Assembly (NCBI GenBank): GCA_965637545.1
Contig: OZ281498.1
Coordinates: forward strand, 22,382,001 to 22,446,000
Origin: Phallusia mammillata
Lineage: Eukaryota
Reading direction: 5' to 3'
Length of the DNA stretch: 64,000 nucleotides
Position numbers and translations under genes: made by a program. Below, in pieces: positions 43,205 through 54,798 of this stretch. The notes under the pieces were generated by a model, which saw nothing but the letters and a program-made list of their open reading frames with translations, had not been told where the DNA came from and made no database searches. Position 1 is the stretch's first letter. Each line of letters starts with the position of its first letter.

Positions 43205-44661
43205 ATTTAAATTTTTGCTACTCCCGAAGAACACGACTGTTGGCTTCAGTTGATTTAATTTAATGAAACTTGATCACAATGTAAAAAAAACTTTTGTTTA
43301 AAGCTGTGTGATGCGTTTGTATTTTCTGTTGTTAAGCACTGTATACTACTCAACACAATTTTCTTTAATATACCAGAATGCTTAAAGATATTAGCATATT
43401 CGAGCAAGTTTCGAAGGCCCATCTCTTTGCCTCTGGTGTATCTACACGTGTTTGTTACAAGTGATGAAATAATAAATTAAGTAATTTGAAAAAAAACCTT
43501 AAAATTTCCCCATAGGCAAATTCGTACCCTCTCACTATCAGAAAAATCATTCAAACACGATTGTATGTGGACTTTAATATGGCAATTGACAAAGGAGTTT
43601 AACGCGTTCGTTTTTACCCTCTGTCGAATAGATATAACAATCAATAATTTAGTGTACAATCGACCATTCATGTTATGTGTTAAATACAATTAAAGCGTTT
43701 CAACATTTTGTGCACCAACATCATACATGTCAATTACATGTGAAACGCTTTAGATATGACTTGAGATTTCAGGGTCTTTATCGAAATTAAAGCGAACTGA
43801 ATAGGACTACAAATAATACATTTGCTAGTAGAGCGTTATTAGGTTTATAGAACTTGTACAAAAACTACAAAACTGTAAAAAGTTTGCATTCCAGGGCCAA
43901 TAAAACTTTTTGTTTAATCCTCGGTTTCACTCGAGGCGGTAAATAGAAGAAAATATATTTTTTCCACACAATCCAAAATTATAGTGTGGGCAAAGTGTCT
44001 AAATCGCTACGGAAAGGCTTTAGCGTTTTTGATTCTCATTAGATACACACATTTGATGAATTCGAAAAAAGAAAGTTTAAAAGTAGCATGGCGACACTTT
44101 TGCCCAAAAATCAAATTAAACCAAAAAAGTAGACAATTCACAAATTCGTAATTTTGAAGCAGTAATTTTCATTATCAATGAAATTCAAGGAATAGTTAAA
44201 ACAAAGTATCTTTACAACACAACATTTTTGAAGCATCTGAACACAGTCAAATCGAACGTGGCAAGCGTAACATGAAAATTCATGTTTTTCGAGATATCCA
44301 AATCTTAACCATGATTGTTCATCATTTTTTTTTCGAGCGTCTACCTGGACACATGCTCAGAGACATTCCAGAGATTTCGAATCAGGGTTGTTTCCCCTAG
44401 CCTTTCACAAACCAATGCGTGACTTCAAGGCAGCAGTTGCCTCGAGTGGGGAGCCGGTTTAGTCGACAGCCACTCGACCCGCGACAGGTTGTACTGGGCT
44501 ACGTGGTACCAGTAGCAGGTATAAGCCTGACCTGACAGGTCAGAGAGGGATGCGATCAGAAGAAAGAACCTTGTGTCCATCAAAGCGAGGGGACGCCAAG
44601 TCCTGAGCATTGAATAATTTGATTGAACCCTGATTGAACCCAAAATTCCAAAAGCCCAAAA

Positions 44662-45290
44662 GAATCCCAAAATTGTGGAACAAATGGTACTGGAGAGTTG
44701 AATGCTAATCAAGTTTACAAACTACGTTCAATTGCAACGGGTAAGTTAACGCTGTTCATATAAACTAACTTGTGTTGTTGATCTAAGATAGGTTTCATGT
44801 TAAGCTGCGAAACGCTTGTAGTAACGGTGTAGCTGCAGCGCGTCTACCATTTCTCCACCAATTGTACCCTCAACTTTGTCGCGCTTTTTAACTTCTGAAC
44901 GTTGCGCAGGTATTTCCGGCTCGGTGAATATTTTAGCGCAATTGTGCTGCTACGAGTTTGCCCGGCGAAATAAACTCAACTCATACTGTAGCTTTACGGT
45001 ATTAACACAATATAGTAAGGAACAGTAAAAATGTTCTTAACTTATTCGCAGTTACCTTCGATGACCTTTGTTGTTGGAAAGATAATATGCAACGTGCAAT
45101 CGATATGAGGCTGGATGGAACTGACCCTTTATTGACAGGGTGGTACCAAGATCGAAAAAATGCCTTTGCAAAATGCACCCAGGTTGCTTACGGGTTGGGT
45201 TTTGATGTAATTGCTTTACAAGATGGAGGAGAATGCTTCAGCGCGCCAAACGCCAATGAGTCATATAATATCCACGGACCAAGTGATTTT
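44662..45290 (+). pseudogene. Broken array copy 4
   Basis: Only the 3' half of exon 3 (ESQNCGTNGTGELNANQVYKLRSIAT, to 44740) and exon 4 from 45052 remain. Exon 4 is cut after HGPSDF by MITE-like sequence, before the last Cys. I found no exons 1-2. Confidence 0.8.
44815..44983 (+). mobile_element. Retroposon 3' end, (AACTC)n tail family
   Basis: Ends GGCGAAATAAACTCAACTCA and is the reverse-complement match to 17988-18163. Confidence 0.7.
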
Positions 45291-45447
45291 TGGGGTGCAA
45301 GAAACTGTTACTAGGGGGTGCGGGGATGCTTGTATAAAAGTTAAATTACAATGGTTTTGTTATTAAAGCTATATTACAGAAGGGGGTGCGAAAATTGGGT
45401 GGTGATTTGAAAGGGGTGCAGCAAGGAAAAAAGGTTAAGAACAACTG
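45290..45447. mobile_element. Truncated hAT MITE (right end only)
   Basis: GGGGTGC subterminal motifs and right TIR AAGGTTAAGAACAACTG (reverse complement CAGTTGTTCTTAACCTT). The left TIR is missing. Confidence 0.65.
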
Positions 45448-46040
45448 TGCTAGAGGTTAAATTATTTGTTATTCGAGTTGAACCATACTCTAAATGTGTC
45501 ATCAGCCATTTGAGCCTGTTCCGGACATTCATGTTTAAATATACCAACATGTTATCAACAAACCTGTTGTAAACTAGCTCACTAAAACGTTTGAACAGGT
45601 ATTTAGTTCATTTTAAAAATCATCGAAGGGTTTACCCAGCAGTTTCGGTTTGTGTCACATAACAGATAGACACAATTGGTCAACTCGCTTCCTACAGCTA
45701 GGATAAGCTTTGGTTTGCTGAAGAACTGCAAACAAAAGTGACAGAGATAAAACAACGCCGTGATGCAATTGTAAAACCGTTTTAGCGGGTGTCTGAGCTG
45801 AGTATGTTTCATTTTTAGGATCGCCCCACATTACCAACACAACAATCTATTGTTAAAAATCTAACTAGAACAACATTTCATAGATGGTAGGCCTATTAGT
45901 ATTAAGAAGAAGAAACACACTGCCAATATATTAGTGTAATTGAAGTATCAAATTTTTGGGTAAAACAGTGACAACATTGCCTATGTTTGTGATATCTTTT
46001 AATTATTGTTTTGATGGGTGATGATTTTACTCATTTGTAA

Positions 46041-48953
46041 TGTTACCGTAATTTTTGCGTTATGTTTCACCTTGTTTCTCGTTAGCCACCACTAGTGTAC
46101 TGTCTTGTTTTGTCGGTTTATTAAGTTTGTTTTATGTGTATGTGCTTATTTTCCTGAAACGGAAGTTATTACCTTAATTTCACGATGTCTTTTTCATGTT
46201 TTTCACTTAATCGCATTCACATCTTTTTGTTACGTTCACGTTTATCTTTTAACTGTTCGATTGCTTTCCTGTGCATTGTTTTCAATTATACGGGAATTTA
46301 ACCCACGGCACACCTTGTGTTCACTGCACCTTGCTTTAACTCCTCCCCTGCCGTTGCCTTTCGCAGCATTCCGGCTACAATCCCAGGTGTTACATTCTAA
46401 AGTAAGCCGCTAGGGCGATGATAATTGACCGGTGCGTTTCGACCACGTGACTTGTGAGTTTCCTTGTTTCTTTTACTAGTTTTGTCGCGATCCCTTTTTC
46501 GAGTGTTTTGCAGTCCTTTTGCGGGCCACGTGTTGTTGCAAAAAGTTCTTCCCCAGCTGTCGTACTGTTAACTTGTGTTCGTTTTTGTGCAGCGCAGTGA
46601 CTTTGCCAATATTGTAGAATTTTATATAGTGTTTTTAAATAAAGACAGCAGTGCTCGAACGCGTCTAAACTAGGGTTTTTCGTGACTAGCCGTTAGTGCA
46701 GTGTTCGAGGGCTTTTGGCAACCATTAAATTGGGCGCCACACAAATTGGCGAGCACGCCAGGAACTTGCAGTCACGCAGGCGCGTTCATAGCACAGGGGA
46801 AGGGGTCTGGTTTTTGTTGGTTTTATTATGTCTTTTAATTTGAGTATGTCGCCTCCGTATTTTAAATGCGGTGACAATTTTAATACTTTTTTAATGCTTT
46901 TTAACTCGTATTGCGCAAGTGTCAAGGCTACAGACGACGTCAAACGCCATTTGTTCTTAACCCACGTCGATAAAGACTATTTGTGGGACCTTAGCAAAGG
47001 AACAGGCGACGTGTACCAATTATCTTTTGAAGAACTTGTGACAAAGGCAAAAGCCCGGGGAAACAGCCATGCGAATTTAGCAACATTGCGTAATGAACTC
47101 CTAGATCGTGCACAAGGGCCTCAGGAAGGAGGGCGTGCGTTCGTTTATGCCTTGCAGTCACTTGGTGAGCGCGCGTATCCCGCCGAGGTGGAAGCTGCGA
47201 TTAAAAATGAGGTCTTGTTTTTGGCTTTGTTGCGCGGCCTTCGTGACCGCCAGCTTGCGGCCTCTTTAGGGCGTGAAATTGTTCAACGCGACTTTTGCAC
47301 CGCAGCCAGCAGAGTTGCCGATATGGACGCCCGACCCCATATCCTTCCAATGACGACGCTTCAAGGCCCAACGGAAAGGCAAGAAGTAAAGGAGATGCTG
47401 TCCAAGATGGGCGAACACTTACAGCAGTCCGTCTGTATGCTTCGATGTTAACTTAACGAGGTACGGGCAGAAGTTGCAAGGATATGCTATCAAGATCATC
47501 GTCTGACGGCATATGACAGGCACCGTCCGGCCTTTCGTCCAGCGAGTAAGTTAGTGCGAAAATGTTTTATTTGTAACGCTGAAGGACATTTGGCGAGAAA
47601 TTGCAAAGCGAATACACGTAGGCAGCAGCCGTCTATACATTCCAGGGACGCACCACAAGATTTCAGTAGAACCAGAGTGGTGAGGAACGTTCAGTGGAGT
47701 GGTCAGGAACGTTCAAAACACGGAGACTCTCCACACCAACCGGGCGTTCGTGTAGACCGGCTCATTACCCCACAAAAGATGCGACATGATGCGATTTCGG
47801 CTCTACATAACCCACCTCACGGCGGTGGACACCTTGGAGTGGCCAAAACGCGTTCCAAAGTTGGCGATCGGCACTGTTGGCCAGGGTGGCCTGTGGAAGT
47901 TGAAGCCTACGTTCGGAGCTGTACAAAATGTGAAAGAATTAAGAAGTTCAATGCTCGGCCCAGGGCGCCTTCAGGCGAACTAAAGCCGATGGAACGCTTG
48001 GAAATTGATATCCTGGAACCTTTACCTCTGTCGGTGGCTGACAGTACACGGTGTACCCGATATATAAATGTTGCGACCCAAGACGAGGCCCCAACATTAC
48101 AGCGGCAGCCACGAGATGGCGTAAATCTCCCTTTCGAAGGTAGAAACTTTGACTGTATCGCTAACCGTCTCAGGGAAAATCGGCGGCGGCCGAAGTACTT
48201 TGCAGATCTGTAACGGGTTGCACAGGAGTGCAACGATATAGGGTGGGGGGTGTGTTACCGTAATTTTTGCGTTATGTTTCACCTTGTTTCTCGTTAGCCA
48301 CCACTAGTGTACTGTCTTGTTTTGTCGGTTTATTAAGTTTGTTTTATGTGTATGTGCTTATTTTCCTGAAACGGAAGTTATTACCTTAATTTCACGATGT
48401 CTTTTTCATGTTTTTCACTTAATCGCATTCACATCTTTTTGTTACGTTCACGTTTATCTTTTAACTGTTCGATTGCTTTCCTGTGCATTGTTTTCAATTA
48501 TACGGGAATTTAACCCACGGCACACCTTGTGTTCACTGCACCTTGCTTTAACTCCTCCCCTGCCGTTGCCTTTCGCAGCATTCCGGCTACAATCCCAGGT
48601 GTTACATTCTAAAGTAAGCCGCTAGGGCGATGATAATTGACCGGTGCGTTTCGACCACGTGACTTGTGAGTTTCCTTGTTTCTTTTACTAGTTTTGTCGC
48701 GATCCCTTTTTCGAGTGTTTTGCAGTCCTTTTGCGGGCCACGTGTTGTTGCAAAAAGTTCTTCCCCAGCTGTCGTACTGTTAACTTGTGTTCGTTTTTGT
48801 GCAGCGCAGTGACTTTGCCAATATTGTAGAATTTTATATAGTGTTTTTAAATAAAGACAGCAGTGCTCGAACGCGTCTAAACTAGGGTTTTTCGTGACTA
48901 GCCGTTAGTGCAGTGTTCGAGGGCTTTTGGCAACCATTAAATTGGGCGCCACA
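46041..48953 (+). mobile_element. Non-autonomous, internally deleted Ty3/Gypsy LTR retrotransposon
   Basis: TG...CA LTRs at 46041-46741 and 48253-48953 (701 bp each, no difference found by eye) and a 4-bp TSD GTAA. PBS TGGCGAGCACGCCAGGA (46747-46763) resembles the complement of the tRNA-Arg(ACG) 3' end. A G-rich PPT precedes the 3' LTR. Confidence 0.96.
46828..48213 (+). pseudogene. gag fused to an integrase zinc-finger fragment, with an in-frame TAA at 47449-47451
   Basis: ORFs 46828-47451 and 47554-48213 share a frame. They carry the CCHC knuckle CFICNAEGHLARNC, then LHNPPHGGGHLG...CTKC...LEIDIL (integrase HHCC and start of the core). No protease, RT or RNase H motifs are present. Confidence 0.85.
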
Positions 48954-49046
48954 GTAATACAGGATGACGTTCACAATTCATGTGCGTTATATACAATACC
49001 AGAGGTAGTCCACGTATCCACGTAGCTACAAATCAAAACAAAGCAA

Positions 49047-52000
49047 CTACAAGTTGTCTGTCGAACCAAAGTCGGTTTTCCGTTTTCCACAACAGTTCTT
49101 AATCACCCTACAAAAATAAAGTAATTGCAACAAATGTGTTTAGGCACACAATGTACCAACATAAAATTTCTAATAATATGTAAGAGTCAAGGCGATATAT
49201 TCTAATAAATTAGTGTTTTGCTGTTTACCACCCTGTAAATTGCAATCAACAAATACGGCTGATGCACACAATGCATCGTAATCAAAAATCATAAAAAAAA
49301 ATCAAGTCCGGATTTTTTATCAACACAGATACAAGGGAATGTTTTTTATGCAAGAGAGGCGGTTGAGTTACTCACGGTTTAAGGAGTTCAGCGTCCGCGG
49401 GTGAGTCGGGTAAAACCTTACCCTTTGTTTCAGGCAAAAACAAAATTGTCAAAAGAGATGAAATACATGCCAGGCCACCCATGATAAGAAACGGTAGATA
49501 ACGGTTGGTCGTTTCACCTATTCCAATGAACAAATTGAGACATCATTTCATGACTCAAAACAATATCAGTTTGTCTGTTTGAGCAGCACAATCACTTGAG
49601 TGTTATACCAATAATTAAAACGAAATCAGTCAGTTTAAAGTCCCTTCGAAAAAAAGTCTTACTTTTTCAGCATCATAAGTCTCTCATTAAGAAAGAATCA
49701 TACAAATAGGAAACGTCAAAATTAAACAAACATTTTTCGCATACCCTGAGTACAACGTAACCTACAAATGACTAACAGCTATCAGGCTGGACACAAACGT
49801 ACCCAGAAACATAAGGTAAGGGGCTACAAAGCTTCCGATCTTTCCTGTGGCTGATGTTACACCGATGGAAGCGTTTCGCAGAAGTGTTGGTGACATTTCT
49901 CCAGTGATGCTGAAGTTGATATAAAATGCTCCGATGATGAAAGTTTTTCCGATAATCACTAACGACACCGTAAAAGCAGAGCTCACTGAAAAGTATGTTC
50001 GGTTTCGTTTATAATTTGCAAAGAATATAAAAACACTTTTTTAAGGAACAAAGCATTATCTAAGCCAGTGGTCTTCAACCTTTTTAAAGGCGACCCCAAT
50101 TTGAAAATTAAATCAGCATTTACATGCGACCCCATTTTTTCCGATAGGGAGAAAAATGTTTGTAGTAATGCAGAAACTGAAACTGAAACTATTTTTATGT
50201 AAATATGACCGCTAAATTTTCCAGTATACTTTAACTATTAACATTCAGCGTGCGTTATTACGCTCAAATGTTAGAACCCAAACGTTTTATTTAATTTGAC
50301 CAGTCTAATTCGCTTTAAAGCTCACCAGCAGAAATCAGTAAATTCATGTATATTTCCCTATACCCGCTGTATTATTTTGGACACAATATGTCATTAATGG
50401 GGCTCTATGGCGTAACAATGGGTTAGAAGACTTGTGTTTCATATGGATTACTGCATTACAATTAGATTGTGACTAGAGCTACCAAGTTATACTGCAGAAC
50501 ATGAGCAAAGGTTGCGAACTAGAACAAAAACGTATCATTTTTTTGGTAATAAATTTAAACGCCAATAAATTGAAATCAATAGCGACCCCCCCCCCCAAAA
50601 AAAAAAGTTTAGGCGACCCACACACTTGGGGTCGCGACCCACAGGTTGAAGACCACTGATCTAAGCATTTTGCTCAAAATAACTAGTCCTCAATTGTAAA
50701 AACCCTCACACCATAAACTGTGTCAAAGTTTCAAAAGAAGTCCCTAAAGATCTTAATGACAACGACTAAATGTTTCACCTGATTGAGCAAAGGGAGCTAC
50801 AGCAAGACACATTCCCCCTGCTCCCATGAGAAGAGACAAAGACACAGGTCTTCCAATCCACTGGATAATCAGTGACCCCATAATGATTCCTGGATATTCC
50901 AGAAGTCCAGATATGGCGGCATTTATAAACCGATCGCCACTGAAAGCGCTGATGTTCAATGCAAGACCATAGTATACCATATTTGTCACCAACCTGTCAA
51001 AGTAGGCATAGTTAAGAATAGGGAGAACAAAGAAATTCACTGTTGAAGTATGCTTTAAAGTCGTTTTTACGCTGTGTTGAATGACATGAAGGATACTTTA
51101 CTGGTTGAATAACGTTATTTATAATCATTGTAAAAATTGGGCAATTAAGCACAAAATTGGCAAAAGGTTGGAAGCCAATAATTTTGATAAATAGGTTTTA
51201 AGACTAAGCAAAAAGCACAAAAACAGTTGGAATGTGCATTCAAGGTGTTTTGCATTTTATGTGTACACCCTGGTTTAGAATTTGCATTTTATGTGTACAC
51301 CCAGGTTTTTTTTTAAGGTTTGGTTTGGGTGACCGCTAAGTAGTTTTAAGAGACCGCAAGTGTTTCATTTAAATACCAAAAAATAGCCATATTTGCTTAT
51401 TTGGAAAACCGCTGGAGAAATTTGAAAAACACCTTAAAAAAACACTGTGTACACCATTGAGCACACGTCGGCGTTTACTTAACCAAACTAGCCCTTCTCC
51501 GCAAAACGACCATTGTGACTTTCCACTGAAACCTACCAAGATAAACTAACGACAAGAGTTCTGAGACGAATTGTCGGGACTGTAACTATTTGAAGCAACT
51601 GGAATCTTGCAGACGGTTCCATTTTCACTTCACCATCAACCAGTTTTGATTCTTCCTGCGCAAGCAAATCACAAAAAGGAAATTCCAAAATCGGTTTCTT
51701 TGCAATTAAGGTTTGAATACCAACATGTTCGTTAGCACTCACATTGGACCTAAACAGGGCCGTGGTGTTTTGACCAGGATGAGGTTTTCCGTTGACTTTT
51801 GCAATCGTAGCAAGTACAGTTGCGGCTTTCTCACCTTGACCGGATGAGAAATACCAAAAGGGAGACTCTGGTACAAACCTATATTTCCAGATCAACAGGT
51901 TATGAGTATGCGGACACGATATATTTTACCACATCCATAATAGATTAGGTCCACACTTTAACAACAGACAATTTGTTTCACAACAGAAAAAGTTGAAAGC

Positions 52001-54798
52001 AAAGTTGATACTGTTTTTCAAACTTGTTTTCTGTGTGGTCAGTTATTTGAGTGGTCTGTTATAAGGACTCAATGACCACTGTTAAAAGCCCAACAGTTTG
52101 AGAAAAGAAATAGCAAAGAATACGGTAATGTAAGTTTTAGCTGCTAACGTCTCACCAGTATAGTGGGATGTAAAGTAGCCCTATAAGTCCGGAACATCTC
52201 ATAAGCCACCGCCAGTCATTGAAAATCCAACCAAGAATCGGCACAGTAGCGGCAGCGAAACTGTAGCCTCCATATAAACTGAACGAAACCTTATTCCTGT
52301 GTTTTTTACCGACAAGCTCGTTTCCTGTAGGAAGAATATAACACCACAATGCGCCATCAAAAACTAAGATCAAAAATGTTGAGATGTAAGTACACACCAA
52401 GAACGAATGCAGTGCAGTAACTTGCGTAAAGGAAAAGCCCCATAAATGCCATCAACACAATGTATGATGTCATAGTAGCGGGAAAGCCTGTTGCAAACAG
52501 GAACAAAAACTGCAGAAGCAGGGATGTCAGTTGAAGAGGCCGCCTTCCAAATCTAGATGTAAAGCACAGCACAAGGTTGTGAAAAGTAACATGTAATTAT
52601 TTTAGGTTGATGTCTAAATTTCAAACGACTTAAGATCGTTACAGAAATTATGAAACAAACCCGTTGTTCAAACAAAAACATTCTATTTCAGACGTTTCAG
52701 TTTTTGTCATCATTATTGTAAAGTAAGCCACTTTTTGAGGCTGAATCTAGTGTTCCTTTGATTGTAGTTGAGTTATTTTCATTCTGTTAAAACATCGAAT
52801 AACTGAATCCAAGTTGTAACCTATCAGATAGTGGTCCTCCAACGTAACATCCAACCATCTCGCCCAACATAAACATGGAGATAGCAAGCGGCTTTCTCCA
52901 AGCGTCGGAGCACACCAAGTTGAACTATAAAAAGTGAAAAATATTTACTGAGCTTTTGTTGAAAGTCGTCGGGACAACTCTAAAATGGGAAGTGGTTTTG
53001 CCTCATTGATGACAGAAATAAGTTCGGCGAATTTTTGTCGCAAAAGCTCCCACAATCTGTACCCAAACTATGGGCTGAAATTATGCGATGGGACCTAACT
53101 GTATGTCTTTTGCAACAGTTAAACAGCATATTAATGAGATATTTCATAGTGATTTAAGTGTGAAAAAAGTGTTAGCCGTTTTTTAAAAAACGCTATTCTT
53201 CAAAGCAAGTGGTTCCCAACCTTTCTACACCGCGGGACTGGTAAAATTGTAAAAAAAATCCACGGACCGGCAACAAAAGATCGTAGTAAATGCAACAGAT
53301 ATTTGTAAGCTTTTTGTTCACCAAAGTTGCGCAACATAATGCAAGATATAGTTTTAGCCTATGTATAAAGGACGAAAAAAATAACCAAATTGCAATCAAC
53401 TCAACATAAACACGAAAACGCCAATCTATTTACATACAAAATCAATGGTAGTGGGATGTTTGCTGTTGTTTTGCTGCCAGTATGAATCTCATCTCAAAAG
53501 CGAAGAATAACTTTGTTTTTCCAAAAAAAAAATTAATGCTAGACACAGTTTATGACACACAATCATAAACGTCACAAAAGCTTTATTAAACAATTTTATG
53601 AGCTACCCCAATTTTACAGCCAAGCGTAAAATGAGTTTCGCAGGTACCAACAACTTTGCAATAGGCCTACTTATCACTCCATTTTAAAAAGTAGCTTGGC
53701 ATAAAGTAAGATAATTTGCGGACCGGCAAAATATTTACGCAGACCGGCACCGGTCCGCGGACCGGCGGTTGGGAACCACTGCTTTAAAGAGGTATATCTC
53801 AAGTATAAGCTAATGTAGCACATCCATTACATATTTAAACAACAGTTTGCGAGAAAGAATTAGTTTGATTTAACCCATATGTGTAGTCCGTCAGAAATCA
53901 CACAAATTGGACAAGTCTATTGCATTACAATTCTCTGAATGTATAAAGTTCTCATTTCTCTAACCTCTGTCATGACGGTTAAGACCTCAGGTTCGTCAAA
54001 CATCCAACCATCCGAACACGACTTGTTAGTAAATTGAACAGTTTGTATTGTTGTGGAATCGTTCCAAGATTTTACCACCAGTTCTTTGCATCGCTCTTCG
54101 GCTGTGATATTTACGTTGATCGCCGGATTAAATTCCTTTACAAACAAAAACTTGTCATATTCTGTGAACTTCACAGTGTGAAGCATTATGATCCCTTTAA
54201 GAAAAGGCTGTAAATATGGCGTTTTTCTTCAAGGGTTAATTCTAGTTTCAATAAGGCCAATAAGTTTGGTTACATGGAAATTATGTACATACGTATATAC
54301 GGTAGAGCTACTAACACTGAGCTTGGGCTGGCCCCCGGCCTAAGAACTTCTGGTAGGTGGCGCAACAGAGCATAGGCGTTTATGGTGCTGTTACAGCAAT
54401 TTGGGTTTATGGTAAGAATAATTGCTGAGTCAGCACCATAAACGCCTATGCTCTTTTGCGCCACCTACCAGAAGTTCTTAGGCCGGGGGTCAGCCCAAGC
54501 TCAGTGTTAGTAGCTCTACCCGTATATACAGCTCATTTCGACAAGTTTCTAGTCGTGGACAACTTTGCACAACAGCTTGGCAAACAAAGCCATTGAGAAA
54601 CCTTCATTTGGGGTTAGATTGTACCTGACTTTGGTTCAATCCAGACACCCTGCAATGATGGTCGGGTGAATACAAAGTAAAGATCATAGTTAGAGTGCTC
54701 AGGCCACAACTGAAGCCAATGCCGAACAAAAGCAAACAAATTCTCTTCTGGTAAACGCCAAAAGTACCAACTTGCTGAAGAACATCTTCATAAGTCAT
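49047..54798 (-). CDS. SLC22 transporter-like protein, copy B
   Basis: Start MTYEDVLQQVGTFGVYQ at 54798. Exons match copy A one-to-one (RFGRRP, VPESPFW, GEMSPTLLRN, FLPET). The last exon, 49107-49047, encodes VIKNCCGKRKTDFGSTDNL-stop. Confidence 0.92.
50066..50658. mobile_element. hAT (Charlie-like) MITE, 593 bp
   Basis: 16-bp TIR CAGTGGTCTTCAACCT and perfect TSD ATCTAAGC (50058-50065 and 50659-50666). Confidence 0.95.
53206..53781. mobile_element. hAT (Charlie-like) MITE, 576 bp
   Basis: TIR CA(A)GTGGTTCCCAACC / GGTTGGGAACCACTG. TSD CTTCAAAG / CTTTAAAG (7/8). Confidence 0.9.
54301..54520. mobile_element. Foldback MITE with 90-bp TIRs and a 9-bp TSD (Mutator-like)
   Basis: Arms 54301-54390 and 54431-54520 are complementary at 88/90 positions. 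CGTATATAC lies on both sides (54292-54300 and 54521-54529). Confidence 0.88.

Noticed and set aside
46105-48625. Two identical 102-aa ORFs (46105-46413 and 48317-48625) and the minus ORF 47907-48233
   Set aside because: The first two start at TTG inside the T-rich LTR and are identical only because the LTRs are. The third is antisense to the integrase fragment.
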